A DNA stretch of 62,798 nucleotides, the filler included, from Choristocarpus tenellus KU-1152 (lineage: Eukaryota > Protista > Phaeophyceae), in assembly GCA_964200185.2 (NCBI GenBank). It is 7 parts of 7 records of this genome, joined end to end, with 100 filler letters (N's around TTAATTAATTAA, not from the genome) between each part and the next. Parts side by side here need not be neighbours in the genome. Positions count along the whole stretch, not along the records: positions 1 to 16,801 come from CAXNAD020000771.1; positions 16,902 to 28,824 come from CAXNAD020002068.1; positions 28,925 to 37,865 come from CAXNAD020004175.1; 4 more parts are not named here. One strand, 5' to 3'. Each line of letters begins with the position of its first letter. Position 1 is the first letter of the stretch. Under the pieces are notes generated by a model that saw only the letters and a list, made by a program, of their open reading frames with translations, was not told the origin of the DNA and did no database searches. Positions 15,886-29,760 of the stretch are shown here, piece after piece. A program made the position numbers and the translations under genes.

Positions 15886-16801
15886 GCTATACCTCCAAAC
15901 TAGCTCGTGGCCTGCAATACAACCTCTGCGCTGGGAATTGTGGAGACGTCGAAGGCGTCGTTCCAGGGTACCTACGACAGAAAAAGGATCAACACTGTTA
16001 GCATATCAAAATATGGAGGAGTAATTATGATGAAAGATAGTGGAGTTCAGGGTTTCAAAAACTACTTCAAACTACTACTATTTTATTATTATGCCCGCTC
16101 ACATTTTCCAGTTGTTCCAGATGTTGTTCCCTCCCAGGTTACCCAGCCTTGGCCAATGATTTCCATTAGGTATTCTGAGGGGACTCCTGTAGAGAGGAGG
16201 GTGTGGAAGGACGATCCCAGGGCCCATGTTGTGGGACTCACACAAATGGCTTGTGAGAAGAGTCAACATTATGCTTGTCGATTTATTCGTAAGGAGAATA
16301 TCATAAGCTTCGAACTCATATTGAATATACACACAAACTATGTTGCAGGATATTCGAGATATTTCTATGGGGTATTTGATCAGACAAAGTTCCCGCGGAA
16401 TGTTAGAGTAGGAGCGTTTCTGAAGTGTTCTAGAGAACTGTCGAGTCTTTTGGTTTCGCTATAATATTTGGTGAACCCCATCTGGTGATGTCTCACACTC
16501 TTCTCAACTCTGATGAAAGCAAAACCAATAATAATATAATACTGGTTGTGTGGGACAACAGATCATCAAGGACAGCTTAACATGCTATAGCGCTTGTAAA
16601 GTGTGTTTGCATAGTTATTATATTTGGATTTTACCTATCATTGGGAAGGGAGTCAAGACAAAGAAAATTATGCCCAGATCAAGATTTGATTCAAGTCTGA
16701 ACTCCATTGAAGACGGAGTTGAAGAACCGTCAATGGCCCCTTGGGGGGGGGAAATTGAAGATGAGACATCAACTGCGCAAGGGGGCGGGGTTGGGGTTGG
16801 G

Positions 16802-16901
16802 NNNNNNNNNNNNNNNNNNNNNNNNNNNNNNNNNNNNNNNNNNNNTTAATTAATTAANNNNNNNNNNNNNNNNNNNNNNNNNNNNNNNNNNNNNNNNNNN
16901 N
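16802..16901. other. Artificial contig-joining linker N44-TTAATTAATTAA-N44 (also 28825-28924, 37866-37965, 51560-51659, 54984-55083, 59697-59796)
   Basis: Identical 100-nt spacer with stops in all six frames, occurring six times. Confidence 0.97.
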
Positions 16902-17137
16902 CCCCGAGATACTTTGACCCATGAGTCTACGAAGAGGCTGTTAGCGGATAACTGGTGACATATGAAGGACTTTTGGAATGGCTTTGAAAACACCAACTGC
17001 CGTAAGTATGGTATCACACAAATAGGTACATCGATACTACTGTGTTGTAACAGCATGAGAGGGGAGATTTGCAACTGAAGAATCCTGCTCACAGTCTTCT
17101 GCTTCACTAACTTACTCTATATCCCTCCTGTCCAACA

Positions 17138-20100
17138 CTATGCTCTCCAAGCTCGATGATTTACCTCTGCCAGAAGATTCTGCCCCCCCTCACCCCCCCC
17201 CTCATCCTCTGGAAGACTGAACAGGACAGCATAGAGCAGTTTTGACCCCAAGGTCGTGGAATTCCCTTCAACTGCACCTTCCTTGGCTACCCTCCTTGAT
17301 ATTTTCTCTGGATCTAACCTCCCTTGTTGCAAGGAGTCCATTTCCATGTCTAGCATTCCTCCTGCCCCTGCGATTGCTCCCATATCAGCCCCTACGCTTT
17401 CCCCACCAGGTGCCTGAGACCTCTTCCCTCCACAACGGGTAGAGAGACCATTGCTTGTGCCTTCACCATCATATCCTCCATCCGACAAGGATTGAGGCAC
17501 AGGCAGGGAAAGATCGTTGGGGCGAGGGTGTGACACAATGGTGTGGAGAAAGATCTGCCATTCTTGAGTCACGGATGGCTGATCATAGAGCCTGTTAGAA
17601 CACATAGACACATGCACGCACACACACATGCATAGGGATGGCAGGATGCGACCATGTAGGGGGTACAGATCTGATGTGTTGCAATGAAGGAGCACAATAT
17701 TTTTAAAGGAAGATGATAATATGTCTTCATTGGAGTTCTACCATTCACATTGGAAATAAACATTATGGGGTTGGCAAATGCAGGAGAGCGGTTTCTGGCA
17801 CCACCTTTACAGTAAAATTGCTTTCCCCTTCTCCCTGCTTCCCTCAGGCAGGTTTTATTGCATCGCTCAACCTGCTTCATTTACCCCTTTTTTTCCAGTG
17901 CCCATGCTTCCACTCTTCTATTCAACATTACTAACAACTCACAGGTGATTTCTACTCAAGATAATATTGCTCACACCCTCCCGCAAGGAGATGTTGGTGC
18001 CAAGTCTCACAGCATTCACCACAAATTGTTCTTCGGAGAATGTGACAAGAGACTGCAATACAACCAGGGGGGCATAGCACCAAAAGAACAAGAGAGTACA
18101 AGGGAGGGTGTCACTAGGGGCATGGAAAAAAGGGAATAAGAGATGTGGGACAGGCAAGAGAGCCATGCAGACAGGAGAGACACAGAAGAGTCAGGACTCG
18201 GTTGATGCCAATATTGAAAGAGTATGGGAGGTTGTAGGGCAAAACCATCCTATTGGCTTATTGAGTCAAAGTATATTAGAGGGTAGAGTCGTGTCCGTTT
18301 GGGGGTCAAAATCCAATGTTGCGATTTTGATGTAATTTTGGATATCGTGTTTATTAGGAAGTGTCAATGTCCTTGTTCCGGACATACCTTTTCATAACAT
18401 ATACATTTTACCTAGTCCGAAACATTGACTCCAAGTACCTGTGGGGGGGGGGAAGGGTCTACACCAGGGTGTCCATTTGAACCCTGACCAGGAAAAGTGC
18501 ACTTATATTATCCATCCGACGCATGCAACAAAATAATCCAAAAAACGCGACATGGAAAAATGAATCCCAAATGGACAGCCTCCACCCCCCCCCCCGAATA
18601 CTTTGAGCTATTTTGGAGTTGGAAAATGTCATGAAAAAACATGGGAAGCCAAGCCCCAAACGGACAAACAGGGCAAAACTTGTACCCTCTAGCATACTTT
18701 CACTCATTGCTATATGCCGACTATTCTGTTGGCCGAAATGTTGCTTTCAGGTCAAGACTTCTCCTTCTAACTTAGCATTGCTTAGCTGTGACAAATTTAC
18801 AGGTGTGACCACTCACACTAAAGAGCAAGAGTATATACATACAAGCTCCTCCCTGAATTCTACCAAAGTAGCACAATATTGAATAAAATAAAAACTACTA
18901 CAGTGTGAGAAAATAAGTCCGCACAAAAAAGTATCCCTGCAAACACTACTACTACTACTATTATGGACAGGATAAAAAATGCTTTGCACTGCTACGAAAA
19001 GGAGCTTTCCTCACCAGATATTTTCCTTTTCTGCTACAATTCTTGTACCCATCACAGGAATAATCTAGATCCTGCTCATCTCCGACTTGTAGGGGACCTT
19101 CCAGACCCATGGTTGCATACATACCGTATGTGAGCTATTGCAGAACATATGGAAGGAAGTTGGGTTAGACTAGGGTGGCTTCAATTGGAGTGGGATCGGG
19201 TTGAATGTAAGGTTAGGGTGCATGTCAGATATCCTGTTCTATCCAGTTAGGGTGGATACTACTCTGCACTTCTCCCAATCTCATATTCTCTACATCCCCT
19301 CGGGGCAACCAGCTATTCTCAAATACATTCAACCTGCACTTACTCCTCACTCTATGTTGGACAGAACTAAGAGTCCTCCATATCTTAGAGATGAGATTGC
19401 TACGGTCTACAATAAAAACAGTACACATACAGAAATAAAATCCTCACTGGCATTTCCATCTCCCTTCTATTTCCCACGTAAGAAACGACTCGTGTTGCCA
19501 ATCGCATCATAAAAACACGCCCATCTCCACCATCCCAATCTGTTGTCGTATCTTCAAGTCTCACCTGCAGTACTGATGTACGGTTGTAGAGCATGACAAT
19601 TGGAGTGCCCACTGCCAGAACCTCTAGGCTAGACCTCCCCCCCCCAACAGGGAAAGGATCCAGCACAACATCTGCCGCCTGAGCCAGAGCTGCAAACTCA
19701 TCAAAGGCCAGACTGCAGCGAACACAAACATTTTATGAGTTGCACTAGTACCACTTGATCCATTGAGCGTACGGTAACACCCCATCTTCCAACAATAATA
19801 TCACCCAAAACAAATCGAAAAGCTTCAAACTCTATTCCTTTCTCCTTCCACGTTACCTCACCACTACCTGGAGTAAACATGCCCTATATAAGGAGAAGAT
19901 CAGTCTCTACCAAATTTAATAGGGACAGGGATTTGGACAAAATGTGCTTGAGTCGGTCTATCCAAAACATGGATGCCTAAGCTGCTTCTGATCAAGTGCG
20001 ATTTGAGATTTAGAAACGTAATGGTGTAGTTTCCCCCCCTCATTCCTCCCCCCACCTCACTCCTCCCCTCATTCTCAATCCTCTGTCAACAACTCGTACA

Positions 20101-20424
20101 AACTCCCCCCCCAGCTTGAGTACTTGCACCAGGTCTGGCACAGTAACAACCCTTTTCCCTGCCAACTTGCTTGCACCCCACTCCACACTTCCTCTTCCCC
20201 GAAAACGTGATCTAGCATCTTCCGCCTTACATTGAAACCCCCTCACCGTCTGACAAAGATCACCCTCCTCCAGATCCCATCCTCTTCCTTCTCTCCCCCC
20301 CCCCCTCCCTTCCTCTCCCCCTGCCCCTCTCCCACTCTCCTTTCTTGTCCCTCTCCCCCCGCCNNNNNNNNNNGTGTGGGATTTGAAATGTCACCAAAAA
20401 AAAATTGTTTGCCCAAAACAGCCC

Positions 20425-20456
<32 letters not shown>

Positions 20457-23400
20457 CTTCCCATCTTCCTGCTGAATCTTGAATTGGATTTTGCCTCCTA
20501 TTCCTACATTCTTATCCTTGGTCCAGCCCTCCAATGAGTTCCTCAGTCTTCTGGCGAGCCTGGCAGTGACATCCCCCCCTCTCCCTGCTACAAGGAGACA
20601 AACGCACCCTGTAGGGTCTGACCTCAGCACCCCTCCAATCAGGTGATCAAAATCTGGGTGGAGCTTGTACAATGTCTGGGGCACCAGGTATATTGCCCCA
20701 CAATTTTGACCCTCTATCACAGCTTTGATTTTGTCGACAGGTGATCCCTTGCCAAGATCAATGCTTGTGCCATGACTAGAGTTGGAGAGATCTCCGACTC
20801 CTTCTACACTTCTGACAATGTCAACAGCTGTGGCGGGTGCTGGGGTTGTTGCTAGAAATAGAGTGGTATCAGAGTGGTTGGGAGGAGGTAGGGGGATACC
20901 AAAGTCTGCTCTGGTCATGCCTTCCCGTGGAGGAGAAGGAATAGGGAACCTTGTGGTGAGACCATCCATCAAGTACAATCTGACAGACCAATCAAACAAA
21001 TGTGTGCGATAGTGAGAGCAGACAGGATACGGAAATGAGGTATCAGAAGTGAGTAGAAGGGGGGCGGGAGCGGGGGGTATTCAGGGTGAAGAATGAGTAT
21101 AATGGAGCGGTGCTTAAGATTTTTTTGAGGATGGTATTGGTTGGAGACTGTGATACATCCCTTCAACCATTTGTCAAACTTGGAGTTAAATGCAAGTGTT
21201 GGACTCAGGACTACAAATCCTGAGCATTTTTTAAATCTACTTGAAGAAATCTAAGTACGAAGGCTGCTTGTAAGAGTCTCACTGCTTACCTCCATCAGAG
21301 ACCAGGGACTATGTATCTCAATGTAGTGCTCTATGTTGAGAGGACATTAAGTCAGAGAACAAAAATAACTGATTTTCTCAGAGGGAGTGTAACGGCAGTA
21401 AAGGTGATCATTGCGTAATCTCAAGCTTCATCCGTCCACACTCTTCCAAGCACCTTTCTATGTCGTTAATTTTAGACCTTCTGCTCCTTATATCATCACC
21501 ACACTGGCTGCAAATATTGGTGGTGAATCAACTCATTATTTCATTGTGAATTTTACAGAATATCGAAACCTTGCAAAGGTTTAGACCTAGACTATTCTCT
21601 CTCTTTTTGTCAATTTTAATGGCTAGCACAAAGCCTTGCCATAATAGCGTTGAACAGAAGTCAAAGCAGCCATATTATCAAGGCAGGGATACAGACAAAC
21701 ACAGCAATGTTGTGTCAACCCTGGTGTGATGAGGGAAGCGCTTCTGGAGGGGAAAGACGAGAATTCCACTCTAGAAGATGTATATTGGGGTGCTTTCATG
21801 GTGATCTGACTTTTCTTTCCATCTTCCTCTCGAATCTGGAACTCTGAGGGGTATACATAATGTGTAATGCTCTCGAGCTCTCCCACATTCGGATCAATTG
21901 GCATTGAACACTAGTACTTCGATTTTCATGGTCAGAATCCGTAATTTTAGACTTCAGTCGCCTTGAGAAAGACATGTTGCCAATATTTTGGAGAGATGCT
22001 GTGAGCTATGAAAGAAAATGGTAATTGAAATACTCTGAGTACTGAAAGAGCTTGCTACCCCCACTACTGATTATAACAAATCAACAGCACTCCAAGATCG
22101 CACGCTGATCTGATATAGTAGGTGAGGATCTCAATCCAATATGGCATCAACAAAGACAATGTACACTGTTGCTATACACCCTCTGGAAATTCCTTATCCT
22201 ACAAACAGTCCATTGTGGCACCCTCTGTTGAAGCGCTCCCAACATCTTAGGCAGAGTGCAAATGACAGGTCCGTAGTCTTTCACTGCACAGAAGGTCCTC
22301 TGCAGGCCATCAAACTCTTGAGGGCGCCTAGAGGACTGCCCCGCTATTATCAAATGTGGCAACAACAGCACAATCAGGCAAAGACAGAAAGAGAATAAAC
22401 TGGGTAAAAAAATCCCCTCCCCATACAACCCATTCTGCCAAGACACATTCCCTTCAATCCAACCCCCACTGATGCACCCCTTGATAACTCACAAGACCCC
22501 CAAACACTTGCCTTTCAGTGTACTTGACCTGTGCAGATGTGGGAGCAGTCATGCCAGAACACTCCACATCTTCAACTTCACTCCCATCACCCACTATCCG
22601 TAGGTTCTCAAACAGTCGTGAGGAAACAAAGTAGTCCAAACCTCCAGCTGTCTCCTTACCCGATACAGCATGCGGATTTCCCGCTCCCTCTTTCCCCTCT
22701 CTTTCTCCATCCTCTGTCATCCCTGCTACTCCTTCACTCTCCTCCACCTCACCCGTGTCCTCACCCTGATCTCCAATGTCTTTTGTGGCCTGGGAATCCT
22801 TTTTTCCAATGAGTGCATCTACACTGGACACACCGCTTGTGACCGCATGCCCCCAAAACAAAACAGTCCTCCTGGCCAGTCTTGCAAATGAAAGGAAGTA
22901 GGTGGTGTGATCCATGCCTTTATCAAAAAAGCCACAAGGGGGTGATGAGTTGTTTGTCTAAGCGGGAATTCTCCAAAATGCAATGATAGTAGAGTAAAAT
23001 TAGCTGCACTTCACAAAAGATAATGTCCTGCACATCCGAACTTCATTCGTTTTGAGGCATGGTCACCTGTTTCTCCACCTTCCACACGAAATCACTTTGG
23101 TTGAGCAGCAATAGCTAACTTTTGCTAACCTCTTCCTACTGCTCAATCTGGTCCTTACATTAGCCAACCACTTGAGGTTGGTACCTGTTTGGAGTCTGCC
23201 CTTTCCCCTGTCGAGAGTTTCAACTCACCCTTTCCAACTTCCTTATTCGTAAAATCAGGGCAATTGTTAGGGTAATCTAGGGCATTGGGGTCCGTATCAG
23301 CTTAGAGGACACCTCAATTGTACAAAAAAAAGCAGTTCTAATCATTTCTTTTCAATGATAAGAATGAGGTGCTATATATCCTACACACTCCACCACTTTT

Positions 23401-26400
23401 TCAACTATCTACAATGCACATTTGCCTGTGTTTATCCATGTTTCCCAAAATCTCCTCAGAACCCTATTCAGCGCTAGGGTTTTGGTCAGCGGCCTCTGGA
23501 ATGTTGGACAAAATCGGCTACTGCTTCTTGGAAAAGAACATTGGGTAGCAGGATTGTATGTCGGTGCAAAGGGTATCAATAGCAGTATTATATCCTCAAT
23601 GCAGTAGACGGATTTATCGCAGTCACACTATTGCCTCCCTCACCAAAATAGGCCAGAATACCGCGAAAATAGTCACTCTGCCCTCGTCCATGCCGTTAAA
23701 CTGTACCTATCTCAGTAAAAACCAGCACATCCAGCTCCAGAGCAGCAATGGCAGTGCGACTGGCGGGTAAACTGAGAAGAGGGATGAAATCGGGAGCTCA
23801 GACTCAGTCGGTGGGTTTAATTGATGTAGGAATCAGGTTGTTGTGGTAAGCTTCGAGCGGGAGTAGCTTTGGGTTCAAAAATTAGATCAGGTTCATTACA
23901 AGAGTGGTATTCATTCATAGGAGTCTTCAGTCCACTACATTTAGAGTTGATCAGATTTGCTGCACTCTTGATTTGACCTCAAACTACACGGACAGAAAAG
24001 AGGTGGACCCTAACCTTTGGTGTTGGCTTCCACTATCCCTTGAGGATGAGGCTGACCAACGACAGAGGAAATTTAGTTTTGCTTGGAATTTTTTGGGAAA
24101 GTTATGTTGTTCAAATTTCAAGGCAGTTTTTTTAAGAAGAGGATTTGTGGGGGACATAGGGGATCAAAAATAAAATAACAGGAGTGGATACAAGTATATA
24201 TCTTTGTAATTGCTATACAGCAATAGAGCCTAGAGAGTCAAAGTAAACGAGAGGTCACCAGGCTTTGACTGTTTTACATTTTAAACCAGTTTTTTTTATC
24301 TTATGCAATTCACCCATATTTCTATGGACTGAGTGCTAAGTTTGACTTGAGGGCGTTGATTTCTCTATTGTTTGACATTTTTTTTGAGAAATTGAGAAAA
24401 TGCCCTACACGCAATAGTAATAAAAAGTCGAATTTTGCTCGCGTTTGTTAGCATCCTCAAGATGCAACTCTGGGTAGTCCTCGTCCACTTTAACTCAGAG
24501 CTTTTTCTGTTGTGCTCAGAGATGAGGAAAGGTGAGGAATGGTAAAGGAGAATCCTCAAGGAAGGAGAACAAGAGATGACTGCAGGAAAGAGGAAAGGGT
24601 GAAGAGAGTCCTACACACAGCGACTACTTTGGGTAGAAATCACAAGCACAGTGTTGCGGTGGGGTTGGAAGAATAGGCCTGGACACAGGAGGCTTGCATA
24701 AATATGTCAAATAAACGCCTCAGAACTTCTACCTTGCCATAGATACTGCATCCATTGTATTATTATACCTCAATACCCGCCGGTGTGACACCCACGCAGT
24801 TGAGAAAACTTACCAACATGACCCCAAATCAGAGGAAGGAAGATGTTCCCATCCCTGTGTGTATCCAAGTGTCTGTGTATAGGTTTTGCTCCTTGCTACA
24901 TTTCGTTTACTCTCTACCAGTCCCTAAACAAATGCAAACAATTAGCTTCCACACACTCTGCACTCGGTGGAAGCACCCACTAGGAAAGCATACAACATAT
25001 CTATATCCTAATTTCATTTCTTCTCATTATTTTTTCCTTGTCCTATCTGACCGATCTTGGTAGGTCTGGCACCGGCTTGACCACTCACACACCTTTGCCA
25101 TAAGCATGGGGTGGAAGCAGCTACTGTAACATATACAGCACATTGAAGTACAAGGCAAATATGACCCAAAGCATTTAAGGGGGTAGGATTTTTGGTCTGT
25201 TTGTCCATTCAGGGCTTGCCTTCCCGCAGGTTTTTATGCCCTTTTCAGTTTTCTGTGTGAACACTAACCCTGCCCCTAAAATGTATAGACTATGGCAGGT
25301 TTGTCCAGAGCAAGGATATTGACACTTGCTAACAAACACAATAGCCAAAATTCTTCAAAATCGCAACATTGGATTTATGACCTCAAACACATGCAGCCCT
25401 ACCCTCTTAAATGCTTTGGGTCAATATTTAAATTTCCCGGTAACCTATAAATAAAAAAATTCACTGTAAGAGTTTCCAATATATGTCACCCAACCACCAT
25501 ACACGACTTACCACTAATCCGCACAACCTACAGTATGCTATCAGTCCACCCATCCATCTATCCATCCCCCAACCAGTCAAATACTCAACCCCATCCTGAC
25601 AGAGTCACACTAAGATAAATTACAATATAAAGTAACCACAAGAAGGAGTAGGGTACAACATCCAAGGGCAACATCAACAGCCATAGGACAGCTTAAATAC
25701 CAAAATAAAATAACAGAAAAAATTGAGTCATTCATTATACCCATTCACCCTACAAGAAATAAGACCCTCTACCACATTAATGAAAATATTGGTATCGCTG
25801 GTTACAAACCTTCCTACACCTCTATGCACAAGTCAATACCCTCTCAGGGTGAACAAACCCACCTCCCTGCTGGAATGTCCAGCACTCGTTCCACCCCTGC
25901 TCTCAGTTCACGATACACAGCATCCCCCTCTCCATCGCCATTGCCACTTCCCACATGGTGGTCTCCTCCATATTCATCGATACTCACTTCAACCTTGGGC
26001 CGTGCCCCAGCCCCAACTGCAGTATTGGGCTGGACAAAGATGGCAGTGACTTCAAACCGCTCCCGGTCTAAGCTCAGGATTACACCCTTTGTTAGTAGTC
26101 CCACAGAATGATGGAAAAAGAATGCGGAAAGAAATGCCACTCTGAGGCGCCGTGGTGGAATTTCATGCTCCAACAAATCCTTCCTGCTAACATCCCGCTT
26201 TCTCATAGAACATGAGTCTTGTGTCTTATCGTGCTCCAGACCTGGAACCCATTCCCCGCTCCTGTTTCGACCCTGGTCATTGGGTCTCGCCGCTTCCTCA
26301 GTAGCTTGTTCACACACACCAACAGACCCTTCAGTTGAGTCGCACTTCTCCAGGAGGAATGGTGCACAGTACCTTGGTAGTTCATGGAAATGAAGCAGGG

Positions 26401-28588
26401 GGTTGGAAGGGAGGAAGAAGCTTGTCTGATTTAGATTATTTGAGGGCACAGTGTATACGACCATCTGTGCTGTGTTCATGACTCCTTGTGACTGGATTGT
26501 TGGTGCAGACCATCCCAATAATCCATTATGCTACCAAAGTGATCCCAATCTTCGACTGCTGCTCACCCCAGAGATTGTAACAATGAGCAGAATGTTTGTG
26601 CACCCAGATTCCTTGTCATAAAGAATCGGGAGAATTAATGTGGATGTCGATATTGCTAGAGGTAGGTCTTCTACAGTTGTTGAGAAGCCCCTCCGTAACT
26701 CAGTCCTACTTATTGCATAGAAGGAGATATGTCTAAGAATCACATGTGAGGTAATGCTAAAATATATAGCAGGTACTCATGCCTTGCAACTTTTTCGAGA
26801 CATGAAAGGATATCCAATGTCCAACAGATCCACTTCGCAAGAGAGAAAAAAAGAAGACGAGTTGAGGAAAATAAAAAAAGTTGAGAACTGTACTCATTGC
26901 AATTATCGTTGGGTAACAGCAGCAAAACAGAAAATATTTCACATGACAAGATATATTTGTAACATCTCTGCCACAGTGTACAGCCATTCAGAAAGGTGTT
27001 CCTTACCCAGCTTGTTTTTTTTCATGTACATGCAAAGTACACTGACAGCAGGTAAACGGCAACTGCACGCCATGTCCAATGACAATACAAAGGTAGTATG
27101 AGGTACCTCAGAGAAGGAGCGAACCTCCAGTATGTCTGAGCAAGCTTCCGTCGCACAGTCTTATCAACCTTGCCCTGCACAAAATCACATCCAAAACAAG
27201 TGACTATGAAATTTAGGTTTGACAGTATCAGACCCTGCACACTTACAGGTAATCCGTACGCATAGATCACAGGTTGCTATTCATTCAGTGTAGTACTCAA
27301 GAGTGAAAGTATCTTAGAGTGTAGGAGTTTTGCCCTGTTTGTCCATTTGGGGCTTGGATCCCATGGGGGGGGTTTTATGAAATTTTCCTAATCCAAAATG
27401 TTTCGGAGTAGGTAAAATGTATACGTTATGAAAAGGTGTATCCGAAACATAGATATTGACACTTCCTAGCAAACACGATAGCCAAAAATTACATCAATAT
27501 CGCAGCATTGGATTTCGACCCCCAAATGGATGCGGCACTACCCTCTAAGATACTTTGTCTCTCTCATCTTGCATCTAAATGGTAGAGGTGTTTAGCAGTA
27601 TTAAGAGCCACAAAAGGTTCATGGCTGCGTGCTGAACAAGAATGAGCCGTACCTGAGACTAAACCAATGCACATGGCAGTATAGAAATTCACTTCTGGTG
27701 CATTTTTTCAGCCTAATAAAACCCTCACTGCATTATGCCACAAGAGTCGCCCAAACTCTTTAATTCAATCCTTTGAAGAACATGAACATACCCCCAAGTA
27801 CCTTTCGCTACAGTAGGTAACGTTTTGTAGTACCCATCACCAAACTACTGCTTCCGATACTGTGAAACGTTCAAAAACAACACTTCTGGATACACTACAA
27901 CCACCATGCTCTGTTACTCGCCGCTTAGAATATGCAAGTTTCTTTTGGTAAGACTCCAATCATCTTTGTACAACATGTAAATGTCACAAATGCACTATAT
28001 TAAAAGAACCTCAAGCTTTAATAATTAGCTACTGTTCTTCTTCCCCTTTCCCACAGCCTAAGCCCTCTCCTCTTGATCTCCTTCTCAACACACATTCCAA
28101 TTCCAAAATCTTGCAGTAGACATGATGATGAGAGTAAGGTATGATGCTGTGGAGTCCCATTTGACAGAAAGAAACTTCCAAGTCAAAGAGAGAGGGTGTG
28201 TATTTCTGTGTTTATACAAGTTTTCCACCACAAAAAAACAAGTCCAAGGCAAGGAGAACGGTCTGTTCAAGGACAGCACTGTAGTACCAGATCATCCATA
28301 CTTCTTATCCTTCATTCTTGTTATTGCTTGACAGATAACAGAAACTCAGTGTGTAGTTTACACACACACAGAGACACAGAGACACACTCACACTCACACT
28401 CACACTCACACTCACACTCAATTCTGCAAGGGTAAAACTGGGCTGAGAAAAGTAAAGCAAAACACCTGATAGATGAGGTAGTACCCCAAAGCTCCGACTC
28501 CAACTGTGGTAGGGGGATCCTTCACTTCCAATGCACCCTGCGGCAATGCCAGGAGCTCATCGAGATTTTTCTCAAATTGCCTTCGGAC
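17138..28588 (-). CDS. GT41-family (O-GlcNAc transferase/SPINDLY-like) glycosyltransferase, catalytic part; 5' exons (probably TPR region) cut off by contig end
   Basis: Exons: 28588-28466 (GYYLIYQ), 27174-27107, 26372-25863 (RLRVAFLSAFFFHHSVG), 23771-23707 (IAALELDVLVFTEIG), 22917-22512 (MDHTTYFLSFARLA..WGHAVTSG..DYFVSS..KYTE), 20979-~20125 (YLVPQTLYKLHPDFD; spans a short gap and low-quality poly-G), possible micro-exon 19867-19857, 19712-19565 (ADVVLDPFPVGGGRSSLEVLAVGTPIV), 19134-19015, 18052-17943, 17591-~17138. These are characteristic GT41 motifs. Confidence 0.85.
18263..18705 (+). mobile_element. MITE family A copy (intronic) carrying a nested family B MITE
   Basis: TIR GAGTCAAAGTATxTTAGAGGGTA...TACCCTCTAGxATACTTTCACTC; TSD ATT at 18260-18262 and 18706-18708. 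Confidence 0.9.
18427..18609. mobile_element. MITE family B copy nested in family A
   Basis: GACTCCAAGTACCTG-polyG...polyC-GAATACTTTGAGCT; TSD ATT at 18424-18426 and 18610-18612; removal restores the family A sequence aaacattttggag. Confidence 0.85.
25163..25422 (-). mobile_element. MITE family A, diverged copy (intronic)
   Basis: GACCCAAAGCATTTAAGGGGGTAGG...CCTACCCTCTTAAATGCTTTGGGTC; interior collinear with other copies. Confidence 0.8.
27301..27561 (-). mobile_element. MITE family A copy (intronic)
   Basis: GAGTGAAAGTATCTTAGAG...CTACCCTCTAAGATACTTTGTCTC. Confidence 0.9.
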
Positions 28589-29149
28589 CTGGTTGTAAAG
28601 GGGAGGAAAGAAGGAGTGGGCTCACAGCTGCAGAGAGGAGTAGGGCTGGTGTTGGTAGCATTGTGTTGGGGATAGATTGCGTGTGGAGTGGGGAGAAGTG
28701 TGTTGAGAGTGGAAAAACAAGATTTTTTTTTAGTGTCCAACCTATCCCACACACCCATTCGTTCAAGGATGAAGACGGAGAGAGGGGGGGGGGTAGTATG
28801 TTTTCTTCATTGACTCGGATACTCNNNNNNNNNNNNNNNNNNNNNNNNNNNNNNNNNNNNNNNNNNNNTTAATTAATTAANNNNNNNNNNNNNNNNNNNN
28901 NNNNNNNNNNNNNNNNNNNNNNNNCCAAGAACCGCGACATGAAAAAATTGGCCCCAAATGGACAGCCGCCCCCCCCCCCTCAGATACTTCGACCCACTAC
29001 AAGACTTGTGTAAACTTTGGTGGTTTTGTGGCGCTTTCTTGAGCATGAACCTCAAATACAACCTTAGTCAGTCCCCTCCATCCGTCACCCTAATGATTTA
29101 AGTCATTTGTTCATTGTTTCATACATACTTGCATGTGGAATGGTCATCT

Positions 29150-29760
29150 TCTATGTGGCGCATATCCCGTTGTTCCCATCTAAATGGATTCCACCATGCA
29201 CTTGATTCCGACCCAAGAAGCTCACGAAGGTCACCACCGTTTTATGCTTCCTCTAAACTATCACAGTCCCAGTAAAAAAGAAGCTTGTTATTACTGATCA
29301 AGTGTATCATACCTTCATTTCTCACGTGGGCAAAGCTTCTCTAATGCGCAGCTTCTGTACCTGTTGCTCTCTTACCGTGAGAAAGACCCTGCTGTTGAGT
29401 CTGTAAGGCTTTCCTCTGCATTGAGCCACGAAAGGTAGTAGCAGTGGAGTTAAGAACAAACAACAGCTGCTTACATTTCCGAATGGCTGATTTCATGTGA
29501 GAATTGGCCCCATCTTGGTTTTTGACTGGAAAATCTTCCCTTTGAGTGTTGGGTGTTGAACAGTACGGTCAACCTTTCCCACAAAGAATTATTTGCAAGG
29601 TAGCAAGAAGGAGCCACCACAGCTGGCTATAGGTTAATGTGTAACATCATCATAGTAGGCGTACAAGCACTAATAATAACAGTGTCTTGTCGTCCGTGCA
29701 GTGCCCAGATTCATGGCTCCCTATTGTTTGTAGGGGCAATTTCAGTCAGGGTCGTTCTCA
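29150..29760 (-). pseudogene. Possible very old non-LTR (RTE-like) reverse transcriptase relic
   Basis: Fragments resembling RTDDG, CVVAPLLFNIFF and FVYLG (seen as TFVSFLG) in the expected order; no intact YADD. Confidence 0.22.

Noticed and set aside
15907-16464. 185-aa ORF divergent from NOP14
   Set aside because: Non-ATG start, no motif and no convincing exon chain before the contig ends.
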